In this document: one piece after another, positions 46,296 through 58,189 of the stretch
Layout of the letters: each line of letters starts with the position of its first letter
How positions within the stretch are numbered: the stretch's first letter is position 1
From: Mustelus asterias
Taxonomy: Eukaryota
Direction of reading: 5' to 3'
Assembly: GCF_964213995.1 (NCBI RefSeq)
Contig: NC_135817.1
Location: 64,914,001-64,978,000, forward strand
Length of the DNA stretch: 64,000 nucleotides
Notes under the pieces: generated by a model
Told to the model about the DNA's origin: nothing
Seen by the model: only the letters and a program-made list of their open reading frames with translations
Databases searched by the model: none
Program-made: the position numbers and the translations under genes

Positions 46296-49170
46296 CTGTT
46301 AAAGCACAAAATCGATAAGAAAACATAGTGAAATAAAGTCTACCAGATTGAAGTACTTTTTGTAAATTAAGGATTATTCTGCGAATAACAAAATCAGTTA
46401 CAATCAGACAATGAGTATAAAAACATTAAGCAGTTTTTGTCCAGTTAATAGACAAACAACTGAGGTACAAGGACAAAACAAATGATTCCATTTCCAAATT
46501 TATCAGTTTTATTTTCTTTGCTATTTGAGATGGCCAATCATTCTTGAAAAATAAAAGTCTTTCAGACGACATATTGAATGAATTTTTCTCTACAGTAATT
46601 ATGCCATCTTTTTAAAACAAGGTAACACGATGAAAATTAAGAGAATTTTCCAGGCAATCCTACCTCCATCTACCCTATCCTTGCTCGTCAAAGGATTAAA
46701 TCAATCATTACCCTACAGTTGACTGAAAAGAGTAAAGCTGTAGATGGGTAGGAATGCTTAGTTGCAGTTTTCTTGGTCTATTTGGTGAAATGACACTTGT
46801 ACAGCAAGAGGCTGATATTTGGTGCTTAAGTCACAAACAATTTTTCTAATTTTTCCATGCATTCAGCATTAACTGCACTGAAAAAAAATCAATTCCAAGT
46901 GCACTGTTTTGAGCTGATATTGTACAGATAGGGATTGTTAGAAATACTGGTAATGTACAAGTGAGCAAGCTGCACATTTTAAAAAGAGCATTTGTTTAAA
47001 TCAACTTTAAAAAAGCAACCTTTTACTTGTACTTAAGATTATACTGAAGAACCACTGGTTATTTGAATTTATTAGCTGTGGAGTGCAAGTTAAACTAATG
47101 TAACAGCATATCAAAATGATATTAGCCTGGACACAGAAGGATCTGAATCAATAAATGATCTGCATTGTATTATGCCCAAGTACTAAGTGGCTTTGTAATT
47201 AAAACAAAATAGTTAATTAGGTAATTCCCTTTGCTCCTTTAACCATGACTGCTTACATGTTCAGGGAAATTCCAATCTCCATGGGTTAGTTGTTTTTCGA
47301 GTTTTCAGCTTGCATGCTGGTGATGTTGAAATGAAACACTATAGGTACTCAAATGTCTGGCAAAGCTTTGTATTTATTAACTCTTCAAACACTTTAAATA
47401 AATTTAAATGACCCATTAACAGTCTAGCAAGTATAAACATAGCCAAGCAAGGTCCCAGGCTTTATTTCCATTTTGTATCGAGTTAGTTGAGCTGCGATTG
47501 TGGTGACAACGGCCTCAGTGCCCTCAGGCTGCTAGGAAGGAGTGCAGAAAACAGGTCAGCCCGGGTTCTGACTTCAATTTAATACTCAATGGCCTTTGCT
47601 AGAAAATGCAATTGCATGGACATCAACCTACATTGTTCAAAGGCTTATTGAACCTCAGCATCAAGGATCACACAGGAAGATTGGACACTGACAAGATACC
47701 GGGAGACTATTAGTATTCAGGTGGTAGTCCAGAAAGAAAGGATAAATTGGAGGAATTTTAAGACAATTTCACTGTTCAACTCATCTCTTTGCCACCCTCT
47801 TTTGCTGTTAGTTTCAACAATACATTTAATTCCTTCTATTTTCAACATGTCTTTAAAAAGTAATTTATAATCTTTTACTCAATTGCCTCACTTGATTTAT
47901 TGAATGGACGGAAAACTGTTCACCGAACCATAATTAGTTATTTAAATGTTGAGAACTCAAAATACTTGGATAACCATAGCTTGCTCTTTTTGCTGACATA
48001 TTTGAATAGTTATACATACTGCTGTACATCCAGGTTAATTTAAACTTTCCATTGTACATTTAAGTAATCAATACTGGGTGCATCAATCTTTTACCAGAGA
48101 CTTCACTTTGGAACCTGGCAATTGTTTTACCTGTTTATTATTAAGACAAGGGCAAATTTACACTGTGCTGCCCCTTCTTTTTCCATCTCTCCTTGTTAGT
48201 TTCTGGATTCTCCAATTCAATGTAATGTTATATCTGACAACCATCAGTAACAATAACTGGATTTTTAAAATATGGATGACTTGTTGCATTCAAAATTATT
48301 CAAACATTTGCGCAATTTGAGTGATCAGATTATCATGATGTAAAATAAATACATCCAAATATGAATGGCATGGATGAAATAATTACAGGAGTTTGAACAT
48401 ATGAAAACGATTGTGGTATATTAAACAATCCCCTCTTTGATATAATTCAGGAATGGATCAATTGATTTTGGAAAATGAAATAAGATTAGCTTTTTTTTTT
48501 ATAAAGTGAGACGTCACCCACTTACTGACCCAATCAGCACAAACATTTAGTTCTCATAACAGTCAAGTCCATTTGGACCATTATTTTTCAGTTGAAGCGG
48601 CATGAAAACAGGCACTGAAATCCGTTATCAAAGCAAAGTGCTGGAAGTACAGTTTTTCTCTTTCTATAGATGCTGCCAGATGAACTGAGTATGTCCAGCA
48701 CTTTGTTAGAAATCTGAAATAAAAACATTCACAGTATTTTGCTTTTATTAAATCAAACAATTTAGCGCTTGCTGCTAAGCATAATGATGAGGTGAAGCAA
48801 TAAGGGACCTTCATCGACCTAGGTAAAACTATTGGCAGAACAGCAATTAATGTACCACCGTACTGTGATGCAACACAACATGCTGACTTCATTTTTTCCT
48901 GAAACTTCCACATTTAACTAATGGTGTACGCAATCAATGTATCATTACTATGATAGAAGTTTCAATAAAATTTGAACTCAAAATTTTAAAATTCAATCAC
49001 GAAACTAGCACTGAGTACATGAGAGGAAAGCTACTTCAGCATTAACAGCGCACAGGGCTGTAAGTTACAGGAACAGCAGGCACATGGAAAAATGCTGGAT
49101 GAAATAGTAGCAGCTTTGTCACAACATTCTGCCAAATTTCAGCTATGGAGATGGAAGGCCTAAAAACAAA

Positions 49171-49614
49171 GGGGCCGATTTTACCAAATCGGGACTAAGT
49201 GCCGGGTCCAGTCGTCAAACGGATCCGCGCCCGGCAGCCGCGCTCCAGCACGTCCATACGCCTTTTTTCGGCGCCGGTCTATTGGGCGGGGCTTAGGTCT
49301 GCCAGCAGGGCCTGCCTCCCAGGGGAGTCCGAATGGTCGGGGGGGATTGGCTTCGGCGGTTCCCCTGCTGAATTGGAGTCCCATTCGGACTTTTATTTAG
49401 CAGGTCGTTTAATGCGCGGACGCGAAATGGGACGCAACCTGGTAAAGTCGGATTCGTCGGTAAAGTTGGGCGCGAGCTTCATTAAGTCGATTTAAATGCC
49501 CGACCCGCGCCCGGATCGGGGCTTGGTAAAGACACGATCTGCCATGAGTCGGGTGCAGATCGCGTTTTAGGCCCAACGCCCAACTTCACCGCGATTTTGC
49601 GCCAAATCGGGCCC
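49171..49614. mobile_element. CpG-rich, apparently young MITE (PIF/Harbinger-like by inference)
   Basis: TIRs GGGGCCGATTT and AAATCGGGCCC flanked by AAA on both sides; very high CpG content in an AT-rich intron. Confidence 0.7.
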
Positions 49615-49730
49615 AAAGTTTATAGCGATACAATACCAAAAGCTCCAGTAAAAACATTTCAAATTAGGTTTTGGGAAGAAAATGCTATTATTTAAGAAAC
49701 TATGCAAAATCAGGATACCAATAACAGTAC

Positions 49731-49866
49731 CTAATTCCTGAGTTACTAACTCTTGGTTAAGGATGGACATCAGTACTGGACTTTGCCATGGACCTCCATT
49801 TCTACTCATCCTGATTAGGACATCAAATTCTGCATTTAAGTCATTCTGTAAAACATTGTGACATTC
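49731..49866 (-). CDS. ZNF654: ZNF654 exon
   Basis: Acceptor ttctttccccgcag|, donor G|gtactg; ECHNVLQNDLNAEFDVLIRMSRNGGPWQSPVLMSILNQELVTQEL. Confidence 0.9.
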
Positions 49867-50086
49867 CTGCGGGGAAAGAAATGTACAATGTTAACGGAAA
49901 TTAGGAAATAGCATCACTATTACATTGCTTTAATATAAAAAGTGATGCCACAAAATACAGGAAACAAAGTAAGCATTCTATGAAACAGCAAGTATAAATT
50001 ATAATGTGTATATTTTGTGTATAAAACTAATTTACATCATTAACAGTGAAGACATCAGGACAGAAGTGCAAAATGACAAATAGTAC

Positions 50087-50168
50087 CTGAATAGTTTTTA
50101 AAAATTCTTCCCAGAACTCTTTCGATGAGTCATCCTCCCTACAGTATAACAATACTTCAAAGCAGCTC
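50087..50168 (-). CDS. ZNF654: ZNF654 exon, the most 5' one found; earlier exons presumably beyond 64000
   Basis: Acceptor ttctctcttttctttctag|, donor CAG|gtacta; SCFEVLLYCREDDSSKEFWEEFLKTIQ, in frame with the next exon. Confidence 0.88.
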
Positions 50169-50977
50169 CTAGAAAGAAAAGAGAGAAGTTGAAAGTAGAA
50201 TTATCGGTACAACTATTCCAGTGGTTTGGAGAGAGGAACAACAAAAATTAATCCACTTCTTTGCATTTAAACAAAGGTCTCCGAAGCCATTAATGTAGAA
50301 ATCACCAGCTCGAGCCAAGCTACACACAAGGTCCCGATTAAAAATAATGAAAAAGAAAATGCTGGAAATCAGGCTGTGAAGAGGGAAACAGAATTAAATG
50401 CTTCAGAGTGAGTTTGGATTGTTTCCTGCAGAAAGTGAAACTCAATGAAGGACATGCTGTAAAGTATATTCATGCAGTATAGAGTTAGTGGTTACATTGA
50501 GACATTAATAAGGATCACCTTTTCTGCAGTTTAGCATATTAGTTGCCTACTAAGTAATGTTTTGTCGATGTTGATTAATTTTATTTGATGCAGTAAAAAT
50601 CTTAAAACTTGAAACCTTGTTGTGGGATTTCTTTAAGTTGGTTACCAGCAATTCAGATCTATTTTTTTTATAAATATGTTATCAGTCTCTACAGGGACTG
50701 TAACAAATACATTCTGCAATCAACCAAGGAAAACACCTTTTATAAGACCTGGTAATGTGTAATGAAATTGAATTAATTAATGAGCTCATCGTAAAGGATC
50801 ATCCACGATACAATTTCACATTCAGTTTGATGGTGAGAAATGTGGGTCTGAATACTAGAATCTTAAATTTAAGTAATGGCTTACAAGGGCATGAAGACAG
50901 GAGCCTCAACTCTACAATTTAAAGCAACAATTTGGATGAGTGGACCGATGGTTGCTAAATTTGCTACTGACACAATG

Positions 50978-51930
50978 ATAGAACATAGAAAAAATACAGC
51001 ACACACAGGCCCTTCGGCCCACAAGCTGCGCCGGTCATGTCCCTACCTACCTAGGCTTATATATAGGCTTACCTATAACCCTCAATCCTATCAAGTCCCA
51101 TGTACTCATCCAGAAGTCTCTTAAAAGACCCTATCAAGTTTACCTCCACCACCACTGATGGCAGCCGATTCCAATCACCCACCACCCTCAATGAAAAACT
51201 TACCCCTGACATCTCCTCTGTACCTACTCCCCAGCACCTTAAACCTGTGTCCTCTCGTAGCAGCTATTTCAGCCCTGGGAAAAAGCCACCCGATCTATAC
51301 CTCTCACCACCTTGTACACCTCTATCAGGTCACCTCTCATCCTTCGTCTCTCCAAGGAGAAAAGATCGAGCTCCCTCAGCCTATCCTCATAAGGCATGCC
51401 AACCAATCCAGGCAACATCCTTGTAAATCTTCTCTGCACCCTTTCAATCATTTCCACAAGCCTCCTGTAATGAGGCGACCAGAACTGAGCACAGTATTCC
51501 AAGTGGGGTCTGACGAGGGTCTTGTAAAACTGCATCATTATCTCCCGACTCCTAAACTCAATCCCTCGATTGATGAAGGCCAGCACACCATACGCCTTCT
51601 TAACCTCCTCCTCTACCTGCGAGGCCAATTTAAGAGTCCTATGGACCCGGACCCCAAGGTCCTTCTGATCCTCTACACTGCTAAGAGTCTTTTCCTTGAT
51701 ATTGTACTCCTTCATCCCATTTGACCTGCCAAAATGGACCACTACACATTTATCCGGGTTGAAGTCCATCTGCCACTTCTCCGCCCAGTCTTGCATCCTA
51801 TCTATGTTATGCTGTAGCTTCTGACATCCCTCCAACCTATCCACTACACCACCAACCTTCGTGTCGTCGGCAAACTTACCAGCCCATCCCTCCACTTCCT
51901 CATCCAGGTCATTTATGAAAATGACAAACA
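50978..51930 (-). mobile_element. CR1 LINE 5'-truncated copy inserted in an older plus-strand CR1 (about 50865-50975 and 51940-53130)
   Basis: ORF 51269..51988 LFVIFINDLDEE...FADDTK...RPHLEYCAQFWSP; 3' tail ttctatgttctat. Confidence 0.9.
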
Positions 51931-52281
51931 GTAGGAAAGTAGGATAAGTAGGAAAGTAAGGTGTGAAGTGGACTGCAGGCAGCTCCAAAAGAATATAGAT
52001 ACATTAGGTGAGTGGGTAAAGATCTGATAAATGGAGTATAGTATGGAAAAATGTGGAATTGTCCATTTGGTATAATGAATAAAAGCAGCATATTATGTAA
52101 ATGGTGAGATTGCAGAACTCAGATGCAGAGGCATCTGTGTCTCTTTATGTATGAATTATAAAAAAAATTAGTATGCAGGTGCAGCAAGTAATTAGCAAAG
52201 CTAATAGAATGTTATTTATTGCAAGGGGAATTGAATACAAGAGTATGGAGGTTATGCTTCAGTGAGTGGCATGGTGACACA

Positions 52282-52578
52282 GGGATGGCATGGTGGCACA
52301 GCGGTTAGCACTGCTGCCTCGGCGCCAGGGACCTGGGTTTGATTCCCAGCTTGAGTCACTGTCTGTGCAGAGTCTGCACGTTCTCCCTTTGTCTGCTTGG
52401 GTTTCCTGCAGGTGCTCGGTTTCTCCCCTCAGTCCAAAAGACGTGCTGGTTAGGTGCATTGGCCATGCTAAATTCTCCTTCAGTGTATCCAAACAGGTGC
52501 CGGAGTATGGCGACTAGGGGATTTTCACAGTAAGTTCATGTAAGCCTGCTTGTGACACTATCAAATAACCTTTAAACT
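52282..52578 (+). mobile_element. HE1-type SINE, tail variant B
   Basis: Head ggcatggtggcacagcggttagcactgctgcc; tail gtaagcctgcttgtgacacta. Confidence 0.85.
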
Positions 52579-53497
52579 TATACAGAGTACTGGCGAGAAC
52601 AAATATGGAGTACTATGTATAGGCCTGGTCTTATTGAAGGAAAGATGTAAGTGCATTGGAAGCAGTTCAGAGAAGGCGAACTGGAATGGGCGGTTGTCTT
52701 ATGAAGAATGGCTGGACAGGCTGGGCTTGTATCTGCTGGAGTTTAGGAGAGTAAGAGGCAACTTGATTGAAACATAAAATCCTGAGGGGATTTGACAAGG
52801 TGGATGTGGGAAGGATGTTTCCTCTTGTGTGGTAACCTAGAACTAGGGCCCATAGTTTAAAAATAACAGGTTGCCCATTTAGGACAGATGAGGGAAGTGT
52901 TTTCTCTCTTGTGGGGTTGAGACACCTTGGAACTCTCTTTCACAAAAGGTGATTGAAGCAGAGTCTTTGAATATCTTTAAGACAACATTTGTAAGATTCT
53001 TGACAAAAGGGGGAAGGTTATCCTGGGGTAGGCATAATGTGAAGTTGAGGTTAAAATTAAAACTGCCATGATCTTATTGAATGGCGGAGCAGGCTTAAGG
53101 AGTTGAGTGGCCTCCTCCTACTCCTCATTCATATGTATGTACAGTGTTGGCTCAAGTGACTGGGAAAATGGATAAAATGTACGATGCTGGAGATGCAGTG
53201 GCAGACATTTAAGGGGCATTTCATAACTCCTGAAGATATACACCATTGAGAAAGACTCAATGAGTAGATGCACCATCCATGGCAAAAGCAGGGAGTTATG
53301 GAAGGCCGTACAATGCTACCAAGATTAATGGTAGAACAGAAGATTGGAAACATTTTAGAAATCAGCAAAAGATGGCCAAAAATTGAACAGGAAATATCGA
53401 TGAGAGAAAAATTATAAAAATGGACATACAAAGCTTCTGTAAGTACATACAAAAATATAGTCAAAGTAAACATTGGTCCATTAAAGGGTGAGCCTGG

Positions 53498-53997
53498 TGT
53501 GACAGAACAGCCTCTAACACTGATTTTACATAAATATATCCGCATTGCTATTTCTTAATTTTAAACTGGACCTTTTAGCTGAACAAAGACTGACCCCTCC
53601 AACTGCGAGTTACGGTTTCAGTCAAATTCCTCGTGGGACTTTGATTCTGGACCTCACGTGAAACAATATTTATTTCCTCTCTGGTCTCTATTGTAAAACC
53701 CTCGTTTCTCTATCCCTCTCTTTCCTGTATGTGTGGGGAGGTGGGCATTGTGGGCCATCCCCATCATGGTTTTTGAACGCATGCAATAAACTAACATTTT
53801 GAGTTTGTCCGACCTCGATCTTGCTGTGGGGTTTTTAAAGCAGAAATTGGATCACACAAAAGCTGAGGGGATTGGAAATACGCCGCTGCTTATTAAAAAG
53901 GAAACAAATCAAAACACCATTTAAGGACCGGGAAGGAGAGGGTGGGAGAGTGAGGGGAAAAATAGTGCTATTTGAATGGACTCTCCTGTTCATAATA
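53498..53997 (+). mobile_element. Solo LTR (500 bp) inserted in a CR1 fragment (about 53150-54200)
   Basis: Starts TGTGACAGAACAG, ends CTGTTCATAATA; 4-bp TSD CTGG (53494-53497 and 53998-54001); internal AATAAA near 53785; host CR1 resumes on both sides. Confidence 0.7.
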
Positions 53998-54479
53998 CTG
54001 GGAAATTAATTATAGGAAACAAGGAATTGGCAGAGTTTTTGAACAAGTATCTGTCATAGAACACAATAAAATTAGGAGATTAAAGGGAACAAGAACTCAA
54101 AACAGTTATTACGACAGAAAAAATATTGGGAAAACTAATTGGGACTAATCGCTGACAAGTCCCCCGGACCCAATGGCCTGTATCCTGAACTCCAACAAGT
54201 CCTAAATTGTAAAAATTAAACTATGGAATCTTGTGGCTTCATCCTTTCAGTAAATAATTGGGTTTCAGATTGCTTCTTTTTTAATGAAATTACTGGTCTT
54301 GACTGAGATCATAAACACATAGAACAGCTGGATATTGAGGCCAGCATGGTACAGCACAAGAAGACCACTCCGCCAGTGGTAAAACCCCAGGCAATGACGG
54401 CATTTCACATGACATCAAAGCTGGAAAACTGGTACTGCTGCATCATCTCCACAAACTTGTCTCTCTGTTGGAAGGAGAT

Positions 54480-56040
54480 ATGCGCAAAGGGGGCTACAGT
54501 AATTCTTAACAAATCTCCTTGCTAAGTTTTGAGAGGAAGATCTTTGCTCACATTGCTCTGACCAGATCGCAGACCCTGGCGTCATGCATCTATCCTGTGT
54601 GGCTTCAGAGTTGGCAGATCGACAGTTATGATTTTTCTCACACCCGTTGTTATGGGAGTTGTGCCTCAAAAGCGCAGACCATTCTACACAGCCTTCACTG
54701 GCCTCAACAGGCCTTTAATTTTGTCAGCAGAGATGGACTTTCAAACTGCTGTTGAAAATAGGCTGCTCTCCTGGATCATTTCCTCTTTCAAGAAGAATGT
54801 GCAGTACCAGTTACAATGGAACAGCATCAGATACTTTAAAGATACGGAGTGACTCAGTGGTTAGCACTGCTGCCTCACAGCGCTAGGAACCATGGTTCGA
54901 TTCCTGGCTTGGGTCATTGGCCGTGCAAAGTCTGCATGGGTTTCCTCTGGGTGCTCACGTTTCCTCCCACAGTCCAAAAGATGTGCTGGTTAGGTGCATT
55001 AGCCATGCTAAATTCTCCCTCAATGTACCTGAACAGGAGTGTGGCGACCAGAGGATTTTCACAGCAACTCATTGCAGTGTTAATGTAAGCCTACTTGTAA
55101 CACTAATAAATAAACTTTAAAAACTAGATGAGCAAGGGTAAAGCAGCACTGTATCCTGGCGCAACTCTCTTTGGTATACTCTTCCCCATGCTGCTATTGT
55201 ACAGTTTCGGTGATTCAAATGAGGGTGTCCACTTGCATAACAGATGACACTAAGCTGTGCAACTTAGCAAGACTGCATACCAAAACAAAAGTGATTGAAG
55301 TCCTAGTCTGAGTGTTACTGTTTGTGGTGATGCAGTGCTGACATCCCAAATGAAGTTCACTTGTAGCAGCTTGTGATCAGATCCAGATTTTCACGGGACT
55401 GACAATTAGTGTCAGGAAGACCATAGCTAGTTATGGGCCAGAATTAAGAGACTCCAACTTCCACCAACATCAACCACTGGAGGTCGTTGACAACTCGCAA
55501 AGATTGAATCAACAATCACCCATCCCTGGATATGGAAATCAGCACAACTTAGTCAAGCCACAAAAAACAGCTAAAGACTTTCCACCTCTGCAGCCTCAGA
55601 TGTATAACGAGCATCAACTGGCAAGACAGAATGCTGAATATGAAAGTACACCAACGTGGAGGGATCCCTAGCATGTTTGCCCTCTTGAGGCAATGGTGGC
55701 TGCATCATGTGCACCTAATGCATGACTGCTACATGTCCTAAGATACACCCTATAGAAAGCTTGCAATCAGCACAACAGCAGCAGATCACTCACATCTGTA
55801 ATACAACCCCAAGTTGACCAGAATGAAAGTCCATGTATGGAAATCCTTGCTGCTGACCAGAGTGCCTAGAGGCAAGCAGCCAGGAACGGCATGGAAAAAG
55901 CAGTGAATGATCAGATGAAAAAAAGAGAGCAGCAGGAAAGAACATCAGTCGACACATTCTACTCATCTGTGTTAGCTGTGGAAGGGACTGCCACTTATGA
56001 TTCAGCCTCTACAGCTACAACAGATGGTGTTCAATATAGG
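54480..56040 (+). mobile_element. RTE-clade LINE, degenerate, interrupted by a tail-B SINE (54843-55119)
   Basis: Remnants CGFR..D.IF, PFYTAFTGLNR.F..VSRDGL of the RTE RT. Confidence 0.55.
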
Positions 56041-56089
56041 AGTAACATGCATCCTGAGCACAGTGGCATCACCTCCCGAAACAAGCCAA

Positions 56090-56602
56090 TATCCACTTAC
56101 TTGCAGTGGAAGCAGTTCAGAGAAGACTCACTAGATTGATTCCTAGGATTAAGGGGTCTTCTATGAGGCAGGGTTGAAAAGATTGGGCTTATATGCATTG
56201 GAATTTAAAAGACACAGTGGTGACCTTATGGAAACATAAAAGATTTTGAGGGGGTATAACAGGGCAGGTGTGAGAACTTTTCCCCTCATGGAAGAATCTA
56301 GACCTACAGTGTACAGTTTCAGAATAAAAGGGTCACCTCTTTAAGCTGGCGATGAGGAGGCACTTATTCTGTGAGAATTGTGAATCTTGGAATTTTCTAT
56401 CCCAGAGAGCTGTGGAGGCCAAGTAACTGAATATATTCAAGACTCAAATAAGGGGATTCTTGAACTAAAGAGGAGACAAGGATTAATGCAGAACAGGCAA
56501 GAAAGTGGAGTTAGGCCAAGACCAGATCAGCCATGATCGTATTGAATGGCAGAGATGACTCGAGGAGCCATATGACCTACTCCTGCTTCTATTTATGTTC
56601 TA
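56090..56602 (+). mobile_element. CR1 LINE 3' fragment
   Basis: ggaagcagttcagagaagactcactag... ending gatcagccatgatcgtattgaatggc...tttatgttct. Confidence 0.8.
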
Positions 56603-58189
56603 TTGTTAACTACTCTGAGATTTTAGCAAAGTTTACCTGAGCTTATCAAAAAATGCTCATTTTAATCACTTCTCCTTGAAGGATACTTTAACGATGAAGA
56701 TGTATTGTTAACGCGAGAGTGCAAGAGAGCGACCATCATCGAGATCAAGTCTACGCATCTCTTCATTGGATAAATTTGCTGAGCTACTGAAGGAGCCTCG
56801 AAATGAAACAAACCTAGTTTTCTTATATGTATTTTTGATAATGCTCTTGAAGTTCTTTGGGATGTTTAGCTATATTTCAAAGGTGCTATACAAAGCCAAG
56901 TTGATGTTGTTGACAAAATTAAGACTAAGGCCATATTTATGAAATGACAGTGAAATAAGATTTTCATATTTCAAATAAGAAAACAACTGAGCATTGCATT
57001 GTCAGCTTTATTGTCAATCCCCAAATGCTCTTGAAGGGTGGTGGAGAGCTCTGCAGTCCATATGGTGAAAATGCTGCCCAAGTACTTCAATATTGCTAAG
57101 GCTCCCCAATTCCACACCAAGTCAAATGCTGCCTTGATGTTCAAGGATATTTTTGTTTCACCTCTAGAAGTCAGTTCATGCTTGGGCCAAGACTGGACCA
57201 TGGTCTGGAGCCAAACAGTCCTGGCAGAAAAAGTTATTAGAAAAAGTGTGGCTTAACAAAGTCGCCATAGTCCCAGATCACTATAGGCTGCTCTCCCTTT
57301 TGAGGGGAGGTGATTTAAATTGAGGTTCACCACATCTTAAGCGAGCTACAAGGTTGAGAAGGCGGGGCATTCATGAATAACCTCAATCAGTACAGGAACA
57401 GAAACCAGGCAGTTAGCATCATCCGCATCATGAACCTGCTGTCCAGTCAACTGAGCTAACTGACTCCCCAGTTGACAGCACTGTCAATGACACCTTGCAT
57501 CATTTTGCTGATGACTTACAGTAGCTCAAAAGGTGCAGTTTCAATTTGTCCTCTTTTTATGGCAAGGACATAATTGGTAACAATTTCCCACACTGTCAGG
57601 TAGATACCAGTGCCGAGTCTGTACTAGAACAACTTGGCTAGGGGCACAGCTAGTTCTGGAGCACAAATCTTCAGCATGGGAACATAACCTTTGCTGTATC
57701 CAGAGCACACATGTAATTTCAAGATATCATGTCGGGTGAACTGAATTGGCTAAAGAATCTGGCTTCTGTAATGATAGGCACCTCAGGAGGAAACCAAGAT
57801 TGGTCATCTACCTCGCACTTATGACAGAAGGTGGCTACAAATGTTTCACCCCATCTTTTGCAAACATGCTGCATTCCATCTTTACTGAATGGGGACATTC
57901 ACTGAGCCTCACCTTTTCCATTCAGTTCTTTAATTGTCCATTGTCAATTATGACTAGAAGCAGTAGGACTGTAGAGTTTTGATACAATTCATTAGTTATC
58001 ATTTGCTTACTTTTGTCTCTATCATGCTGCTTCTCATGTTTGGCATGCATGTATTCCTGCATTGCAACTTCACCAGATTGGCACCTTATTTTTAGGTGCA
58101 CTTGGTGCTCCTCCTGGCATGCTCTTTTACACTAATTGAACCAGGGTTTGTCCCCTGGCTTCATGGCAATGGTAGAGTGAGGGGTTGCA

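Noticed and set aside
56670-56797. C/D box snoRNA (terminal CTCCT/AGGAG stem with CTGA)
   Set aside because: No proper RUGAUGA box C next to the stem, and it is antisense to the host gene.
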